A stretch of DNA of 64,000 nt from Candidatus Falkowbacteria bacterium RIFOXYA2_FULL_47_19. Its GTDB lineage: Bacteria > Patescibacteriota > Patescibacteriia > Patescibacteriales > UBA12075. The position numbers and the translations under genes are program-made. The first letter of the stretch is position 1, and each line of letters starts with the position of its first letter. Below, one piece after another: positions 10,239 through 19,808 of this stretch. The stretch spans positions 2,280 through 66,279 of the forward strand of contig MFGB01000007.1 in the NCBI GenBank assembly GCA_001780275.1, written 5' to 3'. Under the pieces are notes generated by a model. It searched no databases, was not told the origin of the DNA, and was given only the letters and a program-made list of their open reading frames with translations.

Positions 10239-11162
10239 ATAACGAAAATAACAATTCGTCAAGCCTTAAACATAAACACTGTCGCTCTCCTTGGTAGTAG
10301 TCGGGAATACCCGCATCTGGACGCCGAACTCCTCCTGGCCGCGGTTTTAAAAAAACCGCGGGAATTTTTATTTACGCATCCCGAACGCAAACTAACCCCT
10401 AATCAAGCAAAAAAATTCGAAATGCTCATAAAAAAACGCTTGTCCGGCCTGCCGGTCGCTTATCTTATCGGACATAAATCTTTTTACGGCCTGGACTTTA
10501 TCGTCAATAAAAATACCCTAGTCCCCCGCCCCGAAACGGAAATGATGGTAGATCTCACTACACGTTACTCGCAACTCATAACTCGTAACGAACAAATGCT
10601 TATGGTTGATGTTGGTACCGGGTCGGGATGCATTATAATCTCTTTAGCAAAACAAATATTATCCCGATTCCCAACTCCCGATTTCATAGCCACCGACATT
10701 TCCCCCGAAGCCCTGGCGGTCGCCCGCAAGAACGCCAAACAACACGGCGTTAATAAACAAATAAAATTTCTCCGGGGTAATTTATTGCTTCCGGTCTTAA
10801 GCGATAAAAATTTCCAATCAAAAATCAAAAATCAAAAACCGAAAATCATAATTACCGCCAATCTCCCCTACCTGACCCCGACCCAGATAAAAAATTCCCC
10901 CTCTATCAAACATGAGCCGAAAATAGCTTTGTCGGCCGGCCCGGACGGCCTAAAATATTACCGCCAGCTATTTATGCAAATCCGTCAAATGTTAAATGTT
11001 AAATATCAAATGTCTATTTTTTGCGAAATAGATCCGTCTCAATCGGCCAAAATAAAACAGCTCGCCAAACGCGAACTGCCTAAGCATAAATTCGAAATAA
11101 AAAAAGATTTAGCCGGTTATGACAGGTTGGCGGTAATAAAAATAAATTATAACTCGATTTAA
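10239..11162 (+). CDS. prmC: release factor glutamine methyltransferase PrmC (N-terminal domain lies upstream of first ATG; probable ATA start at 10239 or 10248)
   Basis: Frame open from 10230: ITIRQAL...PHLDAELLLAAVLKKPREFLFTHPE, then PVAYLIG, VPRPETE, DVGTGSG, ANLPY; follows prfA. Confidence 0.9.
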   Translation: MTKITIRQALNINTVALLGSSREYPHLDAELLLAAVLKKPREFLFTHPERKLTPNQAKKFEMLIKKRLSGLPVAYLIGHKSFYGLDFIVNKNTLVPRPETEMMVDLTTRYSQLITRNEQMLMVDVGTGSGCIIISLAKQILSRFPTPDFIATDISPEALAVARKNAKQHGVNKQIKFLRGNLLLPVLSDKNFQSKIKNQKPKIIITANLPYLTPTQIKNSPSIKHEPKIALSAGPDGLKYYRQLFMQIRQMLNVKYQMSIFCEIDPSQSAKIKQLAKRELPKHKFEIKKDLAGYDRLAVIKINYNSI

Positions 11163-11177
11163 TAGCACAAACCGCCC

Positions 11178-12353
11178 TCACTCACCGTCCGTCTGTTCCG
11201 GCAGACCCACCTCGATTATACCCGGCCGCACTACTTCCACCCAGGTCGTACCGGCGTTAAATACCGCTTCATTGCCGTTTTCATCATAGAATCGCGTCCG
11301 TTCGGACGCTTCTTTTTTTTGCCAGGTGCTCTTCCGGCAAAATCCGTCGAAACATAGAACCGCCTCGCCCTCCCCGATGTCGTCCATTGACAGCCGCAAT
11401 TCATTGTCGATAACCCGCGCTTTGACGTACTGGATGACGATATTTTTCGCTTTGATGCCGTCGCCGGACTTATCGATATGGGCCGCTCCCCCCAAATAAC
11501 GGATATAGCTGTTGTCGGTACGGTCATATTTCCATCTGACTCTGTAGCTCGGGATCAGGAATTTAATATCGATATCTCCGCCGTCCGGACCGCGGTCGGC
11601 CTCCCCGGCTTCGTCTTTGAACTGCCAGGAAGAAAACCCGCCTTCCGCCCAGGATCTGGCGGTGGTGTATTCGGCCAATTTCGAGCTTGAGGTATAAACG
11701 TTATGCGGAGCGCGCCGGTTCCAGTCGCGCCAGAAAAAATTTCCGTTATAAAATTCGTTAAAATCGCGCACCTTATCCCTTTTTATGTTGACAAGCGCTT
11801 CGGGACTGCCTCCGACATGCACGTATAAAGCCGATAATTCCAATACCCAATCGACAAAATAAGCGCGCGCGCTCCTGACCGGCCCGATTTCATCTATTTC
11901 CTCATTGCCGGCGAATACGGCCATATAACGCGTAGCGCTTCCCTCTACCTCGGCTTCATACACTACATTCGCCCGGCTTAAACCCGAGTGGGGGCGCGCG
12001 TAGATGTTGTTGTCTATCATGACGGCCGCGGGAAACCTGTTCTCTTCGCCCGGTTTGACGTAAACGCCGTCAATAGCGCGCCGCACCAGGTCGGTATGAG
12101 GCGTTTCGTCCGCTTCCGGCGTCTCCTGGCCGGCCATTTGGACGGAGAGGGCGACAAGGTCCGCGGACGGTTCCGCCGCCTCCTTTTTCGCGCCGAACGG
12201 ATGGCCGTGGGCGATCATGTTATATACGACAAATCCCAGCCCGGCGGACAGCATAAAAAATACGATTATTACACTGGCGTAGATATGAATTTTTTTCTTT
12301 ATCATCCGTTCGTAAAAATTTTCGCCGCCAATTTTTTTTTCCGAATTATCCAT
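11178..12353 (-). CDS. DUF3048 domain-containing membrane-anchored protein
   Basis: Start MDNSEKK at 12353; TM; AVMIDN..ARPHSGL, YEAEVEG..TRY, GPVRSAR, APHNVY, GTTWVEVV. Confidence 0.85.
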   Translation of the reverse strand: MDNSEKKIGGENFYERMIKKKIHIYASVIIVFFMLSAGLGFVVYNMIAHGHPFGAKKEAAEPSADLVALSVQMAGQETPEADETPHTDLVRRAIDGVYVKPGEENRFPAAVMIDNNIYARPHSGLSRANVVYEAEVEGSATRYMAVFAGNEEIDEIGPVRSARAYFVDWVLELSALYVHVGGSPEALVNIKRDKVRDFNEFYNGNFFWRDWNRRAPHNVYTSSSKLAEYTTARSWAEGGFSSWQFKDEAGEADRGPDGGDIDIKFLIPSYRVRWKYDRTDNSYIRYLGGAAHIDKSGDGIKAKNIVIQYVKARVIDNELRLSMDDIGEGEAVLCFDGFCRKSTWQKKEASERTRFYDENGNEAVFNAGTTWVEVVRPGIIEVGLPEQTDGE

Positions 12354-12396
12354 AGTAAACTCGCGCAAAATACCGATACTACTTTCTGATTTCCGG

Positions 12397-13050
12397 TTAT
12401 TTTTTCTCTTCTTTATTTTCCTGGTCTTTGCCCGCCTTAGACTCTTCGCCCTTCTTCTCATCCGTTTCCACTTCCGTCGGTTTTTCCGGTTCTTCGACCT
12501 GAGGCATGACCACGCTGGCGACAACGCCATCCAGGTTGCTTAGTATTTCGATGCCAGCCGGCAACTTAAGATCCCTGACGTTGATGCTGTCCTCGTAGGT
12601 ATTTAAAACCGACAGGTCCACGTCGAACGATTCCACCAAATCCCCCGGCAAACATCTAACCTCGATCGCGTCCAGGTTGGTCACTAGGGTACCGCCCAAT
12701 TCCTTAACCGCCTTGGCCTCTCCCGTAAAACGCAAGGGGAGCGTAACGTCGATCGGCTTTTTCATGTTTACGACGTAAAAATCAATATGGGTTATATTGT
12801 TTCGCAAAGGATCCTTTTGCGTATCCTTGATGATGACCTTTAACGCTTCCCCGTTATCGATCTTAAGATCGATGAGGGATGTTTCTCCCAGGCGGGCATA
12901 TATTTTTTCCAACTGGACCTTCTTTATCCCGATATTCTTGTTTTCCGAACCCGACCCGTAAACCACGGCCGGAACAAAACCTTCGGATCTTAGTTTTGTG
13001 GCGCTACCCTCTCCTCTTGTTTGCGCGTCTAATTTTATGTCTTTTCCCAT
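12397..13050 (-). CDS. rplY: 50S ribosomal protein L25/Ctc
   Basis: LRSEGFVPAVVYG, HIDFY, GEAKAVKELGG. Confidence 0.95.
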   Translation of the reverse strand: MGKDIKLDAQTRGEGSATKLRSEGFVPAVVYGSGSENKNIGIKKVQLEKIYARLGETSLIDLKIDNGEALKVIIKDTQKDPLRNNITHIDFYVVNMKKPIDVTLPLRFTGEAKAVKELGGTLVTNLDAIEVRCLPGDLVESFDVDLSVLNTYEDSINVRDLKLPAGIEILSNLDGVVASVVMPQVEEPEKPTEVETDEKKGEESKAGKDQENKEEKK

Positions 13051-13086
13051 AAATTTAGAAATTAGTAGAATTAAATTAAAAATGAA

Positions 13087-14187
13087 TTAATATTTTATTT
13101 TCGATCTTATTATAATACCCTCGGCAATTCCGACCATCATCAGGCTGGCGATAATAGCGCTTCCGCCGTAACTCACAAAAGGCAAAGATATCCCTACCAC
13201 GGGAACTATTCCTATATTCATTCCAATATTAATAAACATTTCAATAAAAATCAAGACTATGATGCCCAGAAGCACGTATATGCCGAAATCATTATTAACC
13301 CTCTTAATATTCGATATGATCCGATAAAAAAACGCGGAATATAAGAAGATTACCAGGCATACGCCTAAAAAGCCTAATTCTTCGGCAATTACGGCAAAAA
13401 TAAAGTCATTTTGGGCTTCGGGCAGGAATTTTAATTGTGACTGCGAGCCGAAACCGATACCGCGGCCCATGACGCGCCCGGAACCGACCGCTATGGTAGC
13501 CTGAATGATGTTATAATCTTCGTCAAGAGAGTCTTTTCCCGGATTAACGAAGGTCAAAATGCGTTGTTTTTGGTAAGGCTCAAAGAAAAATACCCAACCG
13601 GCACCTAAAGAAAGCGTCAAAATCAGGCATATGGCTATTATATGTTTCTTCCTGAATCCGGCCAGTGTGATCATCGCGAGCCATAATAAAAAAAGGATCG
13701 CCGCCGAACCGAAATCCGGCTGCTTTAAAATCAGGACAATTAAGACTAAGGACCCGAGACCGGATAGGAGAAGGTGTTTTACGGGACTGATTTTTATGGA
13801 AACGCCGGAAAAATAACGCGCTAAAAATATAATAAGAATTAGCTTGGCAAATTCAGCCGGTTGCAGGGTAAGGCCCATAAACTCAAACCATCCGGTTGTC
13901 CCTCTGATGGTTTTTCCGAAGAGCAAAACGCCAAAAAGCATCAATACACCCGCCGCGTAAAGATAGATGCTGAAGCTGCGCAAATTATAGTAATCAATAA
14001 AAGATAGCATGAACATCGCCGCCAGGCCGATCCCTACGAAAAAAATCTGCTTTTTAAACTGCAACAAATCGGGGTTGCTTTGGCCCAAGGCGATCGAATA
14101 TATCTCCACCAAGCCGAAACAGGCGAGCAAAACGATCGCGGCCAGCAATATCCAATCAAAATTTTTCAAATATGTTGAAACTTGCAT
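13087..14187 (-). CDS. rodA: rod shape-determining SEDS protein RodA
   Basis: Polytopic; QPAEFAK, QPDFGS, AVGSG, LPEAQNDFIF, EELGF, GISLPFVSYGGS. Confidence 0.92.
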   Translation of the reverse strand: MQVSTYLKNFDWILLAAIVLLACFGLVEIYSIALGQSNPDLLQFKKQIFFVGIGLAAMFMLSFIDYYNLRSFSIYLYAAGVLMLFGVLLFGKTIRGTTGWFEFMGLTLQPAEFAKLILIIFLARYFSGVSIKISPVKHLLLSGLGSLVLIVLILKQPDFGSAAILFLLWLAMITLAGFRKKHIIAICLILTLSLGAGWVFFFEPYQKQRILTFVNPGKDSLDEDYNIIQATIAVGSGRVMGRGIGFGSQSQLKFLPEAQNDFIFAVIAEELGFLGVCLVIFLYSAFFYRIISNIKRVNNDFGIYVLLGIIVLIFIEMFINIGMNIGIVPVVGISLPFVSYGGSAIIASLMMVGIAEGIIIRSKIKY

Positions 14188-14292
14188 CTTTTTATCTTAA
14201 TAGCTTAGCGGAACGCGGAAAATCAATCTTTAAAAATAAAAAATAGGTAAAATAAAAAGCTCTCCAGACGGCTCATTGTTCACTGACGCTTG

Positions 14293-15447
14293 CTATAATT
14301 CAGCCGCCCGAAGAGCGGGATCGGAGCCTTCGAATTTAACATATATATCATCGCTGGTAATATCTATATCAGGCACGATAACTATATTACTGACGGACGG
14401 AAACAGGCCCGGCCAAGTAACGCTCGTATTCCTGGCGTCACCGGACATAAAATTATTCAATACGTATTTAGAAACCCCCAAAATCCGGCCGTTATTGAAT
14501 AAGAGGATATTCATGTTAAGCTGGCGGTAATTAAAGGGGGTATTGTTGGTTACACTGAACAAAAGGTCGTTAAGATTCAACTTTTCGGTTAGGATGGTCG
14601 ACTGGGCGGTAACGAATTTTATGTTATTAACGTCGATATCCAGGTGATCATCGCGATAAGCTTCCCAATCGGGGAATTCATGGGGATCTACCCGCGTCCA
14701 ATCAAGCCGGCTGACCCTAAAAACGACCCCCTTCGCTTCCATCAGCTCTTTATTCAATACCAATAGATATTTGGTTTCTCCGGGCAATATAAAACCGCTC
14801 CCGCTTCCCGATATTTTATTTCCGGCCTCGAAATGATAATCGAAATTCGCCCAGTACCTTTGGTTGATATTTTTGAGCTCGACCACAAAATCGTATTTGC
14901 CCTCCCCCAAAGAAATTATCTCTACCGGTTTATAGATCAGGTCTTGCGGCGATCGGGCCGTAAAATAATCATGCCCGACCATGCTCGTATTTATGACGCC
15001 GAGAGCGGTCTCCTTGTCTTGCCGCATGCCCAGGACCGTATAATGGCCGAAAGAATAAAAAAATCTTCCCCAGGTAATGACGCAGACGGAAATCAAAAAA
15101 ACACGCCAGACATTGATCATGTGCCGGCGATGTTTGACCAGCCACAACCCTATTTCCATCTTCTCGATCGTCAGTCCTTCCGGATCTTTATATTGCCTGA
15201 TATCGATTTTTTTGCGTCCAGCCCCGCTTTCCTGGTCGTTATTGCCGTTATTATTTCGACTCGCCGCCTGTTCTTCTAGCGTTTCCCTGATGGCCGCGCT
15301 GGCCTCTTCCAGGTCCTGGCCGTGTCTTGGGTGGCCAAAAGACTGGATACCCGAGGCATCGCTTAATTCTTCACGCTCTTCGCGCTCTATTCCGGTAGTG
15401 TTTATATACCTTTTCGTCTGCGCTTTATTTTTCAGTAAATCGATCAT
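14293..15447 (-). CDS. hypothetical membrane-anchored protein with beta-rich extracellular domains
   Basis: 384-aa ORF, single TM, FILPGETKY motif; co-oriented with rodA. Confidence 0.7.
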   Translation of the reverse strand: MIDLLKNKAQTKRYINTTGIEREEREELSDASGIQSFGHPRHGQDLEEASAAIRETLEEQAASRNNNGNNDQESGAGRKKIDIRQYKDPEGLTIEKMEIGLWLVKHRRHMINVWRVFLISVCVITWGRFFYSFGHYTVLGMRQDKETALGVINTSMVGHDYFTARSPQDLIYKPVEIISLGEGKYDFVVELKNINQRYWANFDYHFEAGNKISGSGSGFILPGETKYLLVLNKELMEAKGVVFRVSRLDWTRVDPHEFPDWEAYRDDHLDIDVNNIKFVTAQSTILTEKLNLNDLLFSVTNNTPFNYRQLNMNILLFNNGRILGVSKYVLNNFMSGDARNTSVTWPGLFPSVSNIVIVPDIDITSDDIYVKFEGSDPALRAAEL

Positions 15448-15636
15448 TGACTATTTATTTAGATCTATCTTTACTAATTTTAACACAATCTACCGCAAAT
15501 AGGCAAATAACCACAAAACAGAAAAGCAACCTAAAACTTATTATTTTAATAAATAATTATAAAGATTCTAACTTTAAATTAATCATTCAATATTATAATT
15601 TTCATAAATTAAGTATTATAAATTTATAAAAATCGT

Positions 15637-16734
15637 ATGTCGAAAATAACAGGCAATAAAATTAAAAATCTTGAACATCAGATTAAAACAGCTGCCGCGG
15701 GTCCGCGAGCGCTAGTTGATGGAGGAGCCGGATTTATCGGTTCGAATCTATGCGGGCATCTTCTAGCGCAAGGATATGAAGTTTTTGCCGTTGACAATCT
15801 GATAACGGGTAAAATAAAGAATATCTCCCGCTATTCCCATGATCAAAGATTTCATTTCATCGAGATGGATATCAATGATTCTGAGTTTCCGGAAACATTC
15901 CGGAATATCAAAATAAACGAGATTTATCATCTGGCCTGCCCCACGGGCGTTCCTAACATAAAAAAACTGGGCGAGGAAATGATCAATACCTGTTCCCGGG
16001 GTACGTTCAATGTCATGTCCTTGGCGCGCGCCCATGGAGCCGGGGTGGTATATTCCAGCTCGGCCGAAGTATACGGGCAACCGGAAGAAACGCCCCAAAG
16101 CGAACACTATACCGGCAACGTCAACCCGATCGGTCCCAGAAGCGCCTACGAAGAAGGAAAAAGATTCGCTGAAAGCATTATTAAAATGTACGCGGACAAA
16201 TACGGATTGAACGCGAAGATCGTCCGCATTTTCAATACTTACGGACCCGGCATGTCCCTTTCCGACCAACGGGTAATGCCGCAATTCCTGCAGAGCATCA
16301 TCCGAGGCAAAAAATTGACGATTTTCGGAGATGGCTCCCAAACCAGAACATTCCTGTACGTAAGCGATCTCTTGTCCGGCCTGGAGCTAGTCATGAAAAA
16401 CGGAAAACCAGGAGAGGCTTACAATATCGGAGGCGATAACCAGATAACCATCAAAGAGCTGGCGGAACTAATGAAAAAACTGACGGGATACCGACTTGAG
16501 GTAGAATTCGTTCCGCACTTCATCGAAGACCACAACCATCGCCAGCCAGCCGTGTCCAAAGCAGAACTTTTAGGCTGGCGCCAAACCGTTTCTCTGGAAG
16601 AGGGTCTAAAAAGGATGATAATCGCCAATGGCGTGAAATTAGCCCGGCCGATCGCCATTAGATCCGTAGCTAAGGATAAATTTACGATCAAAGAGTCCCT
16701 CTCAACGGAACCGATGCTTGGAGCCGGATTGTAA
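15637..16734 (+). CDS. NAD-dependent epimerase/dehydratase, UDP-glucuronate decarboxylase-like
   Basis: GGAGFIG, IYHLACP, SSAEVYG, YEEGK, RIFNTYGP, GDGSQTRTF. Confidence 0.9.
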   Translation: MSKITGNKIKNLEHQIKTAAAGPRALVDGGAGFIGSNLCGHLLAQGYEVFAVDNLITGKIKNISRYSHDQRFHFIEMDINDSEFPETFRNIKINEIYHLACPTGVPNIKKLGEEMINTCSRGTFNVMSLARAHGAGVVYSSSAEVYGQPEETPQSEHYTGNVNPIGPRSAYEEGKRFAESIIKMYADKYGLNAKIVRIFNTYGPGMSLSDQRVMPQFLQSIIRGKKLTIFGDGSQTRTFLYVSDLLSGLELVMKNGKPGEAYNIGGDNQITIKELAELMKKLTGYRLEVEFVPHFIEDHNHRQPAVSKAELLGWRQTVSLEEGLKRMIIANGVKLARPIAIRSVAKDKFTIKESLSTEPMLGAGL

Positions 16735-16917
16735 GCGGCGTCTTCCTTAAATAGCCTCCCGCCAATAAACAACGTTTAACGGCGCTAAAGCCGGCAATAT
16801 CGCTCGTATCGATACCGATAAACTCCTTCGGGCAATAGCCGCTGGATCCTCCTAACCGGTTTTTTTAAGATTATCTCGGTCATACATAACCGTAAAATCT
16901 TAAAGAACCTCTTTTAT

Positions 16918-18207
16918 ATGGAATTAATAGTTTCCTTTATCCTGCTGATCGGCTTCAATCTGACCGCTTGGACCATCATTGGTCTCATCAGATTTTTTTT
17001 GGAAAAATTAAAGATCGAAAAAACCCCTCGAACAATGATCGCGCCCGATTTTCTTGCTCTTATGGAAAATCGGGCTTTTGAAGCCGGCGGGATAACAGCA
17101 GACGATGTCGCCGCTATTATTCCGGCGCACAATGAAGCCAAAACTATCGCTAAAACCGTAAATTCGTTAAAGCGTATCCTGCCGGCAAGTCATATCTATG
17201 TCGCTAACGACGCCTCCGTCGATCGAACGTCGGATATAGCCAAACGGCTTAACTGCCAGGTATTCGACGCTTATCCGAATATGGGCAAAGCCAACGTGAT
17301 TGTGCATACTATTAAACTGCTCAGATTGACCAGGTATTACAAAGCGATTATGATCATTGACGCCGATTCCGAGGTCAACGAAGAATATCTGCGGAAAGCT
17401 CTGCCGTTTTTCGATGACCCGAATGTGGTGGCCGTCGCTCCTCACGCGGAAACAAAATGGGACCGGCATCATCCGCTCGACTGGTCGCTTTTATTTACTG
17501 CCTATCGCGTACGGGTCTACCGGATACTGCAGGCGGTTCTGCGGTACGGCCAGACCTGGACATACACCAATGTAACCATGATCATCCCCGGTTTCGCCTG
17601 TCTGTATCGTTCGACAGCCATCGAAAAAATAAACATAAATCCCGCCGGACTGGTAATTGAAGATTATAACATGACCTTCGAGGTGCACCATAAAAAACTG
17701 GGCAAGATCGCTTATAGTCCGCAGATCAAGGGTTTTACCCAGGACCCGGGAAATTTAAGGGATTATTATAAGCAAGTAAAACGCTGGAATCTGGGTTTTT
17801 GGCAAACCTGGAGGCGGCATCGTATCTGGCCAAGCCTGTTCTCGCTGACTACGCTGCTTTACGCGGGAGAAGTATTAATATCCTCTTTTTTATTCCTGCT
17901 TTCCCCGATTTTGCTGGGTTGGTTCGCGCTAAATTCATTTTTGCCTTTTTACCTGCCCTTTAAAATTCCATTCATGGATGCAACGCAAATAAATTTTCTT
18001 GACATGATGGCGAGTTTATTCCTGATCGATTACTTACTTACGGTCATAACCGCTTGGTATGAAAAAAAACCGGTACTCCTGCTCTATGGGCCGGCATTTT
18101 TTATATTGCGCTATCTGGACGCCTTCGTTCTTCTCTATACTCTGCCTCTGGCCTTTATAATAAGATCGGACGGCCGCTGGAAAAGCCCGACGAGAAGTCC
18201 GGCGTAA
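16918..18207 (+). CDS. processive GT2 glycosyltransferase (PgaC/IcaA/cellulose synthase-like)
   Basis: IPAHNE, DAS.D, DAD, IED, QVKRW motif, C-terminal TMs. Confidence 0.9.
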   Translation: MELIVSFILLIGFNLTAWTIIGLIRFFLEKLKIEKTPRTMIAPDFLALMENRAFEAGGITADDVAAIIPAHNEAKTIAKTVNSLKRILPASHIYVANDASVDRTSDIAKRLNCQVFDAYPNMGKANVIVHTIKLLRLTRYYKAIMIIDADSEVNEEYLRKALPFFDDPNVVAVAPHAETKWDRHHPLDWSLLFTAYRVRVYRILQAVLRYGQTWTYTNVTMIIPGFACLYRSTAIEKININPAGLVIEDYNMTFEVHHKKLGKIAYSPQIKGFTQDPGNLRDYYKQVKRWNLGFWQTWRRHRIWPSLFSLTTLLYAGEVLISSFLFLLSPILLGWFALNSFLPFYLPFKIPFMDATQINFLDMMASLFLIDYLLTVITAWYEKKPVLLLYGPAFFILRYLDAFVLLYTLPLAFIIRSDGRWKSPTRSPA

Positions 18208-18255
18208 GTATCAGAAAGCCGCAAACCTCATATCTTATGAATCCATGTTGCGCAT

Positions 18256-18289
18256 AACAAAAACGGTCCTTAACGGACCGTTTTGTTTT
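18256..18289. terminator. bidirectional terminator
   Basis: AACAAAAACGGTCC-TTAAC-GGACCGTTTTGTTTT between convergent genes. Confidence 0.75.
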
Positions 18290-18293
18290 AATA

Positions 18294-19562
18294 TTATTTC
18301 GTCACTCCGTAAGTTGCCACTCCCTCATCATAAGTTATGACGCTTACCCCCGATGCCGCGATCTCTGCCATCATATCGGCGAATATCTCCGGTGTCGTAT
18401 GATACGCGTCATCCCCGGACGGAACTATCTCGTGAAAGGTTATCACGATCCAGCTGTTATTGGCCTTAGCCTCATTTATCCAGCCCGCCAATTCCGCCGT
18501 TGTGGTCGTATCCAATATTCCCCTTATCTTAATCTCGCCGGGAAACGAGCCCTGCGGATTATCGCCCTGTTCGTAGTTCCGCACAGAAGCGTAACCCGCC
18601 TTTTCCGCCGCGTTCATTATATTGCTGTTGTAGGCTCCGAAAGGTGTTATAAAGCTCGTTACCGTAAGGTCCTGGCCCGCGAATACGTCCCGATTGTTGA
18701 TCTCCGAGAGCATATCGGTCTGGCTTAAGGTCGTCAGGTCCCTGTGGGTTCGGCTATGGGACGCAACACCCCAGCCGCTACCGGATAATTCCTTTATCTC
18801 TTCCCAGGACATGAAATCAGCGTCTCCGGAGCCCGGCGCATCGGAAACTATTGCCAGGGTACCCCTGAAACCGTGCCGTTCCATCACGGGTTTAGCCGCC
18901 GTATAAACGGAAGATGCGCCATCATCGAACATGATCGTAAGAGCCGGATGGTCCGGCGTAAATTCATAAGCGGCCAAATCATCGAAAGAGGCGGTCCCGC
19001 TCGCGTAGGCCAGAAGAGGTACTATGTAAATATGCGAAATCGGCCTATTTACGAGTTTATTTACGCCGTCAATGGTTAAGGCGGCGGTATTGAATCCGAT
19101 CCAATGCCAATCGAAAGTTCCGTAATTAGCCAATGAGTTCCAGTAAACTATCCGACCGTTGTCGAGATGGATCTCGGCATAAATACTGGCGCCAAAATAC
19201 CCGCCGGCGGAATTTACGATATTATCGCCCTTAACGAACCCACCGATAAAAACCGGCTTGACCTGGGTCTGGCCAAGATCGATTCGCTGGTAAGCGCCTG
19301 CCAGGGATACGGTGTCGTTGTTAGTGATATCAATGCCATATTGTCCGGCGTGGTAAGCTCCTCTTGTGTAACCGCCGCCGAAAAGATGCCAGGCGCTGGC
19401 AGGGTCTCCCCATCCGCCCTGTTCGACCGGCACCCCCGCCTCTTCAAAACCGGAATTAACGAGGATATTAACCTGCTCCGCAGCCTTTGCTTCCGGTATG
19501 ACCGTAAGTATCAAGCCCAAAACCGCGATAACCGCGGCTGATCTCATAATTTGTTCTTTCAT
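18294..19562 (-). CDS. secreted polysaccharide deacetylase (CE4/NodB-like) with N-terminal CBM-like domain
   Basis: Signal peptide; N.GFE CBM-like start; TIMFDDG, SHSRTH, PFG, TFHEI. Confidence 0.85.
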   Translation of the reverse strand: MKEQIMRSAAVIAVLGLILTVIPEAKAAEQVNILVNSGFEEAGVPVEQGGWGDPASAWHLFGGGYTRGAYHAGQYGIDITNNDTVSLAGAYQRIDLGQTQVKPVFIGGFVKGDNIVNSAGGYFGASIYAEIHLDNGRIVYWNSLANYGTFDWHWIGFNTAALTIDGVNKLVNRPISHIYIVPLLAYASGTASFDDLAAYEFTPDHPALTIMFDDGASSVYTAAKPVMERHGFRGTLAIVSDAPGSGDADFMSWEEIKELSGSGWGVASHSRTHRDLTTLSQTDMLSEINNRDVFAGQDLTVTSFITPFGAYNSNIMNAAEKAGYASVRNYEQGDNPQGSFPGEIKIRGILDTTTTAELAGWINEAKANNSWIVITFHEIVPSGDDAYHTTPEIFADMMAEIAASGVSVITYDEGVATYGVTK

Positions 19563-19808
19563 AGATTTATTGACTACAGATTTATATCTTGTTTGGAATA
19601 ATATTACAACTTCACGATTACGGCGCCTTTCGCGAATTTGCGAACAGATTCCAAAATCAAGGCATAATTCTGAATTTATAATTAATAAAACATAATCTTT
19701 CTAACGCTGTTGTAATGTTCATAATTTAACATTACTATATTATGGATATATTAATTTTAAATATAAATTTAATTAAAGTTGGTTAATTATATTTAAAAAA
19801 CTAATTAT

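Noticed and set aside
12354..12530. N-terminal extension of the DUF3048 ORF
   Set aside because: It overlaps the rplY 3' end in another frame; ATG at 12353 fits better
19610..19660. c-di-GMP-I riboswitch upstream of the deacetylase (GCAAA...GAAA on the minus strand)
   Set aside because: The downstream GACGCAAAG element and second stem are missing
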